Of a stretch of 64,000 nucleotides of DNA, positions 27,124 through 36,358 are shown one piece after another; position 1 is the stretch's first letter; each line of letters opens with the position of its first letter. The position numbers were made by a program, and so were the translations under genes. The stretch covers positions 80,875 through 144,874 of the forward strand of contig JBBIGR010000009.1 of NCBI GenBank assembly GCA_037447435.1, read 5' to 3'. This stretch comes from Fibrobacteria bacterium (GTDB lineage: Bacteria > Fibrobacterota > Chitinivibrionia > Chitinivibrionales > FEN-1185). Under the pieces are notes generated by a model that saw nothing but the letters and a program-made list of their open reading frames with translations, was not told the origin of the DNA and made no database searches.

Positions 27124-29034
27124 CTACTTAAAGGTGGTTTGAATCAGGCTGCGTTTTCCCTGTTCGTCCAAAATTACAAAGCAACCGGCACCGGTGGTAG
27201 TTTCAAGTAGTTTCCTGAGCCGGCGCATGGGAATATTGCCTGGAACCGTCATGAGAACTCTTCCCCGAAGGTCGACGCAACGCAAGACCCCGTGAGATGC
27301 GGACCGCAAGGTGCCTTGCGAGGCGGGAAAACCGTTCACCACCGCGGTAGGCGTTCCCTTGATCAAGACCGCGGTGATCGATAATGCCGGAAGCGTCATT
27401 GAAAGCGTTTGGCCCGAAACCGCGATTGCCCGACGCTTGAGCGCAGTTGATGTTGGAGAAAAAGTTTCGGCGGCAGGCAATGCCGAAAGCTCGAAGACGG
27501 AATCTGCCATGGTTGCCGGAACAAACCCGGATAAGGCGATCTGCGATTGCGCGGCAGTGGAAAAGCGATTGACGAGAATGAGTGCCAGCGTGTCTCCCGC
27601 GTTATTTGTCGAGGAATAGGCCGACGCCATGCTGTCTTGGTCCGAAGCGCTTTGCACGCGAATTCCTTTTGCGCAGGTTGTAAACAAATGCATCACTTCC
27701 CATTGCCCCGGATACCAGTCCCACGGCGTAAAAATTTCAGCGCCATGGTCTGCGAATGTTCCGAGTGCCGAGGCATACCAGAGCGCGATTGCCGTGGAGC
27801 TTCCCGTAAGCGCGCCGTGTTCGGAAACGGAAAAACCGACCTTGTTATTGGGGCCCATGTATTGCGTCAACCATCGTCTGGCGCGCTCCATGACGAATTC
27901 CTTTGTCTGAGCATTGTCCCACGAGCCGCTTACCATTTTGCAGCCGTTTGCGCCGGGGAAATTATACGTCGTGTCGAACCAGACGCGGTGCAGCTGCATG
28001 ATGTCGCGATCGTTGCTTGTGCCCGGATAAAAGTGGAAATCGAGAACGTCGAGCAATCGAACGCCGGATGCGGTTTGTTCTTCGGCAACACGCTTGATAA
28101 AGTATTCGATCCAGCTGTAGTTTTTTGTTACGGCCCCAACCGTGACCGGAACCGCGGCATTGTTCCACGCATACCATTGCCACTCGTTTGTAAATACCGG
28201 CCCCACCAGCTTAATGCCGGGAAATTTCTTCCGCGCCGCCTTTGCAACCGCAAAGTACTTTGCCAAATAGGTTTCCGCGGCCATGGGCGAAGTAACGACA
28301 TCGTCGTGCGTGGAATTCCATATTTCGGGCTCGTTGTCCATGTTCCAATATCGCAACAGCGTGCTGTCGAGCCCCAAACCGCCGGCAGAAACGGGGGAAA
28401 AGAAATTAGTCAATATGGCCGCGACCGAATCGGCGGGCCAATCAATAAGATATTTGGATATGTCGCCGTTGCCTGCCCAGTTTTTGTTTATATCCGCAGA
28501 ATACTGGCATTGATTGTAGCTCCAGCAATCGAAGTTCGCACTGTCGGTGCGGGCGACTTTTCCCAGGAGCTGCAAAGCCCACAAAAGGTTGACGTCCGGC
28601 ATTCGTTTTTGCACGTCCTGCGATGCGAATCCCCAGTTATGAGGATAGACGTTGTTGTACCAATCCGGATGGGACGAAAGTTTTTTTGCCCAATTGTACT
28701 TTGTAGAATTGTTGCCGCCGTTGTCGCGGCTCATGCGAAGGCCGGCAGCCTTGTACAGCAGGATATTGGCGGCGCTTGTGGGCGCGGCCGAGTCGTCGGA
28801 AAAATTGTTGTTGCGTCCGTAAATGTACGGCGAGATAGGAGTTCTTCCTGCCGAAACATCGACCGAAATGTTTACGTTTGGAGCAGCCCAATCGGGATTC
28901 GCTCCAATGAAAAAAACTAAAACGGTTAAGAGAAATACGAAATATACCGGCTTATTAGCCACCGAAATTGCCCCCCTGAAAAGAATTAAGCTTCTTAGAG
29001 GAAGAATATAGCGGTTTTCACGGCAAAATGTCAA
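27124..29034 (-). CDS. Secreted GH44 endoglucanase/xyloglucanase (start codon uncertain)
   Basis: PISPYIYGRN, GGNNSTKYNW, HPDWY, WNMDNEPEIW, RLLDVLDFHFYP, VSEHG; basic tail CVDLRGRVL…GCFVIL. Confidence 0.85.
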   Translation of the reverse strand: MTFCRENRYILPLRSLILFRGAISVANKPVYFVFLLTVLVFFIGANPDWAAPNVNISVDVSAGRTPISPYIYGRNNNFSDDSAAPTSAANILLYKAAGLRMSRDNGGNNSTKYNWAKKLSSHPDWYNNVYPHNWGFASQDVQKRMPDVNLLWALQLLGKVARTDSANFDCWSYNQCQYSADINKNWAGNGDISKYLIDWPADSVAAILTNFFSPVSAGGLGLDSTLLRYWNMDNEPEIWNSTHDDVVTSPMAAETYLAKYFAVAKAARKKFPGIKLVGPVFTNEWQWYAWNNAAVPVTVGAVTKNYSWIEYFIKRVAEEQTASGVRLLDVLDFHFYPGTSNDRDIMQLHRVWFDTTYNFPGANGCKMVSGSWDNAQTKEFVMERARRWLTQYMGPNNKVGFSVSEHGALTGSSTAIALWYASALGTFADHGAEIFTPWDWYPGQWEVMHLFTTCAKGIRVQSASDQDSMASAYSSTNNAGDTLALILVNRFSTAAQSQIALSGFVPATMADSVFELSALPAAETFSPTSTALKRRAIAVSGQTLSMTLPALSITAVLIKGTPTAVVNGFPASQGTLRSASHGVLRCVDLRGRVLMTVPGNIPMRRLRKLLETTTGAGCFVILDEQGKRSLIQTTFK

Positions 29035-29109
29035 AAGTGACGGGCGTCTTGCAGACCGTAAAATCTTCAGGCTTTCGATAATTTTGATCCGGGTGTCTTG
29101 GAGAGTAAC

Positions 29110-29527
29110 GTGGATAATAGCATCCTTGTAATGGGATTGATGGCGAGCCGTATGACCGGTTTGCGATTATGTATGGCAATCCCAAAATCTTGCATGGAAG
29201 CCATAAAAATGCGCATGGATGACTCAAAAGTAGTCATGGAAAGTGGAAAATGGTGTTTGGATAGCGGAAAAAGGATGAAAAAAATTGTCCATGACCGATT
29301 ATTTGCTATCCACAAGCAAAAAAAAGCATTCCATAACCTGAAATTAATTTACAAAAGTGTAAATTTAAATCGTCCATGACCGATTATCCCGGGTCCACGA
29401 GAAGAAAAAATTCGTCCATGACCGATTATCCGCTATCCACGAGCAAAAAAAAACAATCCATGACCGCCGTTTGCAGGTTCCATGGACGAAAAATTCCTTT
29501 CATGAATGATTACGGAGATTCCACAAG
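29110..29527. repeat. Degenerate 21-bp-period array with two inverted arms
   Basis: ATGG-like cores at 29110, 29131, 29152, 29173, 29194, 29215, 29236, 29257; reverse-complement cores TCCAT/TCCAC at 29288, 29309, 29330, 29373, 29394, 29415, 29436, 29457, 29479, 29499, 29520. Confidence 0.8.
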
Positions 29528-29577
29528 GGGATAATTCTTCGGCGTGAGGCTTCGCAGATGCAAAAGCAAATCTTTGC

Positions 29578-30354
29578 TCAACCGTATCTGCCTTCGATGT
29601 ATTCTTCGGTTTTGTGGTTTCGCGGATGCAAAAACAATTCTTCCGTACGCAGATGTTCGATCATTTCGCCAAGAAGCATGAAAATGCATTCGTCGCTGGC
29701 GCGCCGCGCCTGCGCCATGTTATGCGTTACGATGACGATCGTATAGGTTCCCCGCAAACTGAACATGAGTTCCTCGATTGCCCGGGTGCCCTCGACATCG
29801 AGAGACGAACAAGGTTCGTCCATGAGAATGATTTTCGGCTTTAAGGGCAACAAACGTGCGATGCATAATTTTTGCTGCTGTTCCAATTGCAACGTCGGCG
29901 CTTTAGCATTGAGTTTGTCTTTGAGGTCTTTCCACAGGCCCACTTCCGAAAGCGCCTTCTCTACTGCTTCGTCAAGAAACGCTTTCTTGAGCTTGCTTCG
30001 CGGCGTATGCACCCGTAGACCGAACACGACGTTTTCGTATACCGAAATGGGAAGGGGATTGGGCCGTTGGAAAACCATGCCGACGGATTTGCGCAATTCC
30101 AATAACGAAACATCGGGATCGTAAATGTTTTTGCCGAGTATTTCGATGACCCCTGCGGTTTTGACATAACTGAATCGTTCGTTGATGCGGTTGAAGCAAC
30201 GCAAAAGCGTTGTTTTGCCGCACCCGCTCGGCCCGATGAGCGAGGTGATGAGCCCGTGCTTGATTTGCGTATTCACCTTTTTAAGGGCGCAAAAGTTGCC
30301 GTACCATAAATTAAGGTCTTTTGTTTCGATGCCGATCGATGCGTTGTCGCTCAT
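29578..30354 (-). CDS. pstB: Phosphate ABC transporter ATPase with degenerate signature motif
   Basis: GPSGCGKT, GMVFQRPNP, ILMDEP, IVTHNM, TEEYIEGRYG; signature reads LQLEQ instead of LSGGQ. Confidence 0.9.
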   Translation of the reverse strand: MSDNASIGIETKDLNLWYGNFCALKKVNTQIKHGLITSLIGPSGCGKTTLLRCFNRINERFSYVKTAGVIEILGKNIYDPDVSLLELRKSVGMVFQRPNPLPISVYENVVFGLRVHTPRSKLKKAFLDEAVEKALSEVGLWKDLKDKLNAKAPTLQLEQQQKLCIARLLPLKPKIILMDEPCSSLDVEGTRAIEELMFSLRGTYTIVIVTHNMAQARRASDECIFMLLGEMIEHLRTEELFLHPRNHKTEEYIEGRYG

Positions 30355-30364
30355 AGTGGTTTTA

Positions 30365-31129
30365 TCATCCGAAAATGCCGTTGATATATTCGTACGTTTC
30401 CCGTTTGCCCGGCTTGTCCGAGAATATTTTTTCCGTGGTGTCGAGTTCGACGATCTTGCCGTTCCATAAAAACATGGTGCGATTGGCGAGCCGCCGCGCC
30501 TGATGCGTGAGATTCGTCACCAGGATGATGGTGATTTCCTTTTGCAATTCCTTGAGCACGTCTTCGATGCGCATCGTGGTCACCGGATCGATGGCGATGG
30601 AAAATTCATCGAGACATAAAATGTCGGGACTGTGGGACAGCGCCCGTGCAATTGTCAAACGTTGCTGCTGGCCGCCCGAAAGCGCGGTCCCCAGGCTTTT
30701 AAGGCGGTCTTTCACTTCGTCCCATAGTGCCGCCTGGCGAAGGCATTTTTCCACGATGGGGTCAAGGTCCGATTTCTTCGTGAGTCCGGAACAACGGGGC
30801 GCAAAAGCCACATTGTCGTATATGGAAAGCGGCAATCCTACCGGAAGCGGGGCCACCATGCCGATTTTTCGTCGCAACCCGTATACGTCGGCTTTTTTAA
30901 TGTTCTCGTTGTCAACGTGAATGGAACCCGACACCGTGGCGTTTGCGGTAAACTGTATGGTCCGGTTAAGGCAGCGCAGTAACGATGTTTTACCGGATTG
31001 CGCAGGGCCGATGATCGCGAAAATTTCGTTGCGGCAAATATCGAACGAAATGCCGTGCAGTACTTCTTTGACGCCGTAAGCGAGCCGAAGGTCTTCTATG
31101 ACGATGGTTTTATCCGATGATGCGTTCAT
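30365..31129 (-). CDS. pstB: Phosphate ABC transporter ATPase paralogue with degenerate Q- and H-loops
   Basis: GPAQSGKT, GMVAPLP (no Q), [19 protein letters not shown] (no H), TYEYINGIFG; start at MNASSDK. Confidence 0.88.
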   Translation of the reverse strand: MNASSDKTIVIEDLRLAYGVKEVLHGISFDICRNEIFAIIGPAQSGKTSLLRCLNRTIQFTANATVSGSIHVDNENIKKADVYGLRRKIGMVAPLPVGLPLSIYDNVAFAPRCSGLTKKSDLDPIVEKCLRQAALWDEVKDRLKSLGTALSGGQQQRLTIARALSHSPDILCLDEFSIAIDPVTTMRIEDVLKELQKEITIILVTNLTHQARRLANRTMFLWNGKIVELDTTEKIFSDKPGKRETYEYINGIFG

Positions 31130-31136
31130 GCCGCCC

Positions 31137-32048
31137 TTACCATTTCTTCCTGTTGCGCATCCAGACCCGGACTGCGATGGCGCTTGCATTGACCACAAGC
31201 ACCGAGCCAAGCAAGACTATTGCGGTCGCGCAGGATACCGATTCCTTAACATCCGGTACTTGCGTCGCGAGCGTATACAAATGCATGGACAGGGCCATAC
31301 ATTGGTCGGTAAGCTTATAAGGGAACAAACTGCCGCTTTCGACCGCTTTGTAAAAAACCGCGCCGGTAAACATGATGGGAGCGGTTTCGCCTGCCGCCCT
31401 GCTCACCTGCAGTATGACGCCGGTCAATATGCCGCTTATGGAATTGGGCAAAACGACCGCGCGGATGGTTTGCCACCGCGTGGCGCCCACATTCCAGCAC
31501 GCTTCGCGAAACGTCATAGGAACCGAGGCAAGCGCTTCCCTGGTGCTTGCGATAATCACCGGCAGGGTCATGATGGCAAGCGTCAGGGATGCGGAAATGA
31601 TGGAATAGCCGAATTTCGCCGCATAGACAAATGCGCCAAGCCCGAAAAGCGCGTGCACGATGCTGGGTACGCCGGCAAGGTTGATGACCGCTAAATTGAT
31701 GATGCGGTTGAACCAATTATCTTTTGCATATTCGTTAAGATATATAGCCGCAAGCACGCCGATGGGCGTTGATACGGCGAGCGAAAGAAAAACGAGGTAA
31801 ATCGTGCCGACGAATGCGGGCCAAATGCCGCCGTCGCGCATGCCGCGCCTGGGTACTTCTATGAGAAATTGCCAATTGAGGGTCGGCGCCGCTTTAACGG
31901 CAAGATATCCGATGATGCCGAGAAGCGGAATTATCATGAGCATTGCCATGATAAAAAAGCCCCACTTTGCGAGCCATTCCAATTTAATTCTGCCCGCGCC
32001 GTAAGCTGATTGCGTAAAGAGGGCTTTTTGCGGTGAATGAGTATCCAT
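31137..32048 (-). CDS. pstA: Phosphate ABC transporter permease
   Basis: GGIWPAFVGT, AIYLNEY, LAGVPSIV, SRAAGETAP. Confidence 0.93.
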   Translation of the reverse strand: MDTHSPQKALFTQSAYGAGRIKLEWLAKWGFFIMAMLMIIPLLGIIGYLAVKAAPTLNWQFLIEVPRRGMRDGGIWPAFVGTIYLVFLSLAVSTPIGVLAAIYLNEYAKDNWFNRIINLAVINLAGVPSIVHALFGLGAFVYAAKFGYSIISASLTLAIMTLPVIIASTREALASVPMTFREACWNVGATRWQTIRAVVLPNSISGILTGVILQVSRAAGETAPIMFTGAVFYKAVESGSLFPYKLTDQCMALSMHLYTLATQVPDVKESVSCATAIVLLGSVLVVNASAIAVRVWMRNRKKW

Positions 32049-32054
32049 AATTTA

Positions 32055-32960
32055 TTATTTTCTCTTAAAGCCGCGGATGACGAAATCTGCGGTCAAATTT
32101 ACCGTAAATGTAATTACAAAGAGCAAGACCCCGGTAAGAAACAGGACGCGGTAATGATCGGAGGAGGCGGAAGCCTCGCCCAGTTCCGCGGCTATATTTG
32201 CGGTAAGTGTTCGTACCGAATCAAGAACGCCGTGCGGGATTTGAACCGCATGGCCGGTGGCCATAAGCACCGCCATGGTTTCGCCCACAGCCCTGCCGAC
32301 GCCGAGCAAAACCGCAGCGAGCAGACCGTTTTTTGCAGCAGGTAATAAAACCCGGCGAATCATTTGCCATTTTGTTGTCCCCATGGCAATAGACGCTTCG
32401 CGGAACGAATCGGGGACCGCTTTGAGCGCGTCTTCTCCTATGGAGACAATGATCGGGACACTCATGAGGGCCAAAATTATGCCGCCGTTCAGCAAGTTCA
32501 CGCCCACCGGCGCGCCTGTCGTAAAAATGATGATCTTGCTCATCACCGTAAGCCCGATGAATCCCCAAACGACGCTTGGTATCGCGGCAAGAAGCTCTAT
32601 AATAATTTTAAGGGTCTCTTTTTGTTTGTTTCCGCAGAATTCCGAAACGTAAATCGCGGCACCAAGACCGAACGGAACCGCAATAATCATGGCCAGCGCG
32701 GTAACGCCCAGACTGCCGACGGTCAGTGCAAACGTGCCGTAGCGGACGTTGACGCTGGAAGTAGGATACCATAAAGTACTGAACAAAAATTGTAAGACAT
32801 TGAACTTGCCGTTAAACAGTACCGGTAGAGCTTCCCTGAATACGAAAAAGAATATTGCTATGACAAAAATGATGGCCGAAATGCCGCTCAACCGAATGAG
32901 TAGTTCAAGGGCCTTTTCAAAGAATATTGCCCAGTCGGGGCGCTTTGCTCGTTTGTTCAT
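32055..32960 (-). CDS. pstC: Phosphate ABC transporter permease
   Basis: ELLAAIPSVVWG, GRAVGETMAVLM, RTLTANIAAELGE. Confidence 0.93.
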   Translation of the reverse strand: MNKRAKRPDWAIFFEKALELLIRLSGISAIIFVIAIFFFVFREALPVLFNGKFNVLQFLFSTLWYPTSSVNVRYGTFALTVGSLGVTALAMIIAVPFGLGAAIYVSEFCGNKQKETLKIIIELLAAIPSVVWGFIGLTVMSKIIIFTTGAPVGVNLLNGGIILALMSVPIIVSIGEDALKAVPDSFREASIAMGTTKWQMIRRVLLPAAKNGLLAAVLLGVGRAVGETMAVLMATGHAVQIPHGVLDSVRTLTANIAAELGEASASSDHYRVLFLTGVLLFVITFTVNLTADFVIRGFKRK

Positions 32961-32998
32961 ACGCTCATTGTCCGTTTATCAAAAATCCATTATAACGA

Positions 32999-33925
32999 TT
33001 ATTTTGTTGCCGATGCCGCAGGAATGGGAACGAATCCGTTTTCCTGGAGTATCTTTTGACCGGTCGAAGAAAGGACCCAGTTGATGAATTCTTTTTCGGC
33101 GCCGTCCGGATCGCCGAGCGTGTAAATTTGTAAAGAACGTGCCAACGGATATTTTTTCGATAAAGCGTTTTCAACATTCGGCGTGTAATATTCTGCGCCT
33201 TGTTTTGCGCTCAGGTTCAACATTTTAATGCCTGCGGTGGCATAGCCCATGCCGCTGTAACCGATGGCTGTTTTGGTATTTGAAACCAATTCGACGACTT
33301 CCTTGGACCCGTTCATGTCGCGCGATCCGAGCCTGAAATCTTTTTTATCAAGAACATGTTCGCGGAAAAATTCGTAGGTTCCGGAACTCGATTGCCTGCT
33401 GACGAGAACGATTTTATCGTCGGTTACTCCGGGGATCTTGACGCCGAGCTGCGACCAGTTTGAAATCGATCCGCCTTCGACGAATATTTGGGCGAGCTGA
33501 TCTATGGATATTTTGTCGAGCGGATTGTCTTTGTTGATGAAAACCGCCAAAGCATCGTACCCTACGATAAATTCCTTCGGTTCTTTTCCGGTGTTTTTCT
33601 TTGTCTGGTCGATTTCTTCCTGCTTGATATTTCTGCTGGCGGTCGCAATATCGACGGTGCCTTTTTCAAGCGCGGCAAGACCCACGCCCGATCCGCCGCC
33701 CGATACTTCTATATCGACCGCAGGATTCAGTTTCTTATATTCTTCGGCCCATGCCTGTGCGATATTGACCATGGTGTCGGAGCCTTTGATCTGAATCGTG
33801 GTTTTCTTTACTTTCGGCTGTTGGTCTTGCTTTTTTCCGCATCCCAAAACGAGCATTGCGGCACAAAACAATGCGGTGGAAATCGCGCGGACGGAACGGT
33901 TTGAAACAACGGCTTGCATACTCAT
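32999..33925 (-). CDS. pstS: Phosphate-binding lipoprotein
   Basis: LVLGC lipobox, IKGSDTM, GGGSGVG, ASR, SRQSSSGT, YPLAR. Confidence 0.92.
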   Translation of the reverse strand: MSMQAVVSNRSVRAISTALFCAAMLVLGCGKKQDQQPKVKKTTIQIKGSDTMVNIAQAWAEEYKKLNPAVDIEVSGGGSGVGLAALEKGTVDIATASRNIKQEEIDQTKKNTGKEPKEFIVGYDALAVFINKDNPLDKISIDQLAQIFVEGGSISNWSQLGVKIPGVTDDKIVLVSRQSSSGTYEFFREHVLDKKDFRLGSRDMNGSKEVVELVSNTKTAIGYSGMGYATAGIKMLNLSAKQGAEYYTPNVENALSKKYPLARSLQIYTLGDPDGAEKEFINWVLSSTGQKILQENGFVPIPAASATK

Positions 33926-35037
33926 TTGTCATTCTCCTTTATTTCGGTCACGATAATTGCTTTGACAAGGTCTTCCACTTGGATTTTGATAAACTGGAAC
34001 GTTTCTTCAAAGGCTTTTCTTGAAAGTTCGATCGAGTTTTTGTAAGACGAGGGGTCGTCGATGGGCCAATCGAGGAAAATTGTTTTTCTCGGACGCTGCG
34101 GAAACATTTTATGCGCGTTCGGCGTGAGTGCGACAATAACTTGGTAATGATCCAGATTCGGAATCTGATGCAATGCCCGCGGTGCGACACGCGAAATATC
34201 GAACCCTTTTTCTTTCATAAAGTCGATGGTAAAACGATCGATGGGTTGCGGATCGAGTCCTGCGCTGTTGAATATGAAGCGCGGCTGATTAAGTGCCGAG
34301 GCAATTGATTCGGCCATTTGACTGCGGCAACTGTTATGGTCGTCGATGAATAGTACTCTGAAGGCTTCGGCTCCGGGATGTTTCACATATTCGCCGGTGC
34401 ACATGTACAATATTTCCATGCAAATGTTGCGCGCCTGGTCGCTTACCCGTTCGAACCGTTTGATAATGCTCATGAGCGGGTCGAAAATATCGTAGGTGAT
34501 GTTGTGCTTTGTCAATTGGTCGACGAGGTTGCTGTTGAGGATACGGCGCAAATTGTCCACCGCGTCCTCTATTTCAATGTTCTTTTTCGCTTTTTCAGGG
34601 TCCTGATCGATGAAGGCCTGAATAGAATCGTGAAACATGGTAATCGAAAGGTTCGCTATTTCCACAATGCCGTTTTTGATTGCATCGGACGGTTTTTCTT
34701 TGAGTTTTAAAATATGACGGGCAATACTCTCGGCATAATCGCCGACCCTTTCGATTTCCAAATTGATTTTTATCGTGCTGTAGGCAAATCGCATGGGCAT
34801 CGCAACGGGTTGCTGTCGAACGATGAATTCAAGACAAAGTCTGTCTATCTCTTTTTCTTTTTCATCTATATATTGATCGCGAAGTATAATAGCATAGGCA
34901 AGTTGGCGGTTAAACTCGATACAGGACTTAACGCTATCTTGTAATGCCTTTTCCGCATGGTTTGCCATTTGTATGACGTTTTGGCGAATGCGGTCTATAT
35001 CACGTTGAAACGATTCCTCTAAATGCGTTTGCATCAT
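33922..35037 (-). CDS. phoU: PhoU fused to a C-terminal LMW-PTP/ArsC-like domain lacking the catalytic cysteines
   Basis: QPVA…EIERVGDYA…ERVSDQARNICM PhoU repeats, then [16 protein letters not shown]…SAG…DIS…WPIDDP. Confidence 0.9.
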   Translation of the reverse strand: MMQTHLEESFQRDIDRIRQNVIQMANHAEKALQDSVKSCIEFNRQLAYAIILRDQYIDEKEKEIDRLCLEFIVRQQPVAMPMRFAYSTIKINLEIERVGDYAESIARHILKLKEKPSDAIKNGIVEIANLSITMFHDSIQAFIDQDPEKAKKNIEIEDAVDNLRRILNSNLVDQLTKHNITYDIFDPLMSIIKRFERVSDQARNICMEILYMCTGEYVKHPGAEAFRVLFIDDHNSCRSQMAESIASALNQPRFIFNSAGLDPQPIDRFTIDFMKEKGFDISRVAPRALHQIPNLDHYQVIVALTPNAHKMFPQRPRKTIFLDWPIDDPSSYKNSIELSRKAFEETFQFIKIQVEDLVKAIIVTEIKENDK

Positions 35038-35258
35038 AGATTCCTCACTCCTTTAGATATTGAGGGATTATGCCTTAAAATTGAACTATTGTAATGAGGG
35101 TTAATAATCAGGGCAAACATCGCTATTAGAAAAATCCTGGTTAGATCCTAAATTAATCGGTATTTATTGAAATCATAGTTCATTGAAGTATGTCGCTTAA
35201 AATAATATCAGGCTTGATCGGAGACTGAGTTTGATTTTAAAAAAGAAAAATCAATTTG

Positions 35259-35367
35259 CTAACGGTTTCCTCACAAAACCGGCAAAAAAATAAGTAAAAA
35301 AACCTGGGTATATGGGTAAAATATTAATCCTAACCAATTTCTAACACTCGTCTCAACTGTATCTAAT
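35259..35367 (+). promoter_or_regulatory. Pho-box-like 11-bp direct repeats
   Basis: CTAAC 35259/CTCAC 35270; CTAAC 35330, CTAAC 35341, CTCAA 35352, CTAAT 35363. Confidence 0.65.
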
Positions 35368-35470
35368 TCAATAGCGCTAATTTTATAGCGTCGGAATTTT
35401 GGGTTCTTTTAAAAAAGCATACAATGAATTTCGTATAAAAATACTATAAACTCGGAAAAAGGAGGAGCAA

Positions 35471-35836
35471 ATGATCGACTTCAGTTATGATGCCGAGACC
35501 CTCAGCCCGATTTTTTCAAGAATGAATCCAAGCCTTGGTCACATCAGGGGAAAAGTAACCGATATAGACGGTTATGGCCTTAAAAACGCAAGAATTTGGG
35601 TAAGGGAAACAGGTTTGAGCGCATTGAGTGATGATAAAGGAAACTTTGTCATAATCAATAATAAGCCGGGCATTTACAATCTTATTGCCGAATGTCAAGG
35701 ATACGGCCGGTCGGAGACTGTAGACGTTGTCGTTGAGCCGGGCGACAATCCCGGGCTCAATTTTATTATGTTTCAAACATATAACCGTTTGCGACAAGGG
35801 CGTCGCCGCGGGTCATTAATTTGCCCTTTAGCGTAA
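35471..35836 (+). CDS. Carboxypeptidase-regulatory-like (transthyretin-fold) domain protein
   Basis: GHIRGKVTD…LKNARIWV…SDDKGNF…PGIYNL…GY pattern; AGGAGG RBS. Confidence 0.7.
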   Translation: MIDFSYDAETLSPIFSRMNPSLGHIRGKVTDIDGYGLKNARIWVRETGLSALSDDKGNFVIINNKPGIYNLIAECQGYGRSETVDVVVEPGDNPGLNFIMFQTYNRLRQGRRRGSLICPLA

Positions 35837-35909
35837 CAGTAATCCTTCCTCATCTATTTCTAACGCATTACAAATAAAATCATAATTTTCGAGTTCGATT
35901 TTTATAGGG

Positions 35910-35953
35910 CCGAAAGAGAGCAGCCAAAATAAAGCCCGGTTGTTCTCTTTCGG
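35910..35953. terminator. Stem-loop downstream of the 35471 gene
   Basis: CCGAAAGAGAGCAGCC pairs with GGTTGTTCTCTTTCGG (16 bp including G-U pairs). Confidence 0.55.
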
Positions 35954-36132
35954 ATAAAAAAATAATGATTCGATTATTACAAAACGGCAGAGACATTAAA
36001 CGCGGACCTCTGCGTGAAGGTATCGATAGGAATAATTAGAATATGATTAGAAATATTGGAAATAAGGTATGGTTTTTGCAGGTTTTATTTCGGAACATAC
36101 TCAAAAAAAACACGAAAATAACAAAAAAGAGC

Positions 36133-36169
36133 CTAACACAATTCTAACAAATCCCTAATAATTTCAAAA
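36133..36169 (+). promoter_or_regulatory. Pho-box-like 11-bp direct repeats upstream of porin-pstSCAB
   Basis: CTAAC 36133, CTAAC 36144, CTAAT 36155. Confidence 0.7.
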
Positions 36170-36358
36170 CCAGCAACCGTCATATTTATAACAGTCAATC
36201 ATGAATGGGATTGGATAAAGTGACGGCGGCAATGTCCTGTAGCGGACATACATGGGGATAAGGAAGGGGGGACGATCGCAAAACTTTTTATCCGCCATTG
36301 TTTAGTTTGAAAAAATTTAAAGAGATTAGAAAAATATTTATCCATGGGAGGATCGCGA

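Noticed and set aside
27547..28920. 457-aa antisense ORF (and other long shadow ORFs in the track)
   Set aside because: It fully overlaps a motif-supported gene on the opposite strand and has no domain signal
29067..29379. ORFs 29098-29379 (+) and 29067-29315 (-) as real genes
   Set aside because: Their heptad periodicity is explained by the DNA repeat; there is no clear RBS or recognisable domain
29110..29527. CRISPR array
   Set aside because: The conserved core is only 5-6 bp with a 21-bp period, spacers are related to each other, orientation flips midway, and no cas genes are present
36065..36080. Sigma-54 promoter AGGTATGGTTTTTGCA upstream of the porin
   Set aside because: GG-N10-GC spacing fits, but the -24 element is poor and it lies upstream of the Pho-like boxes and far from the start codon
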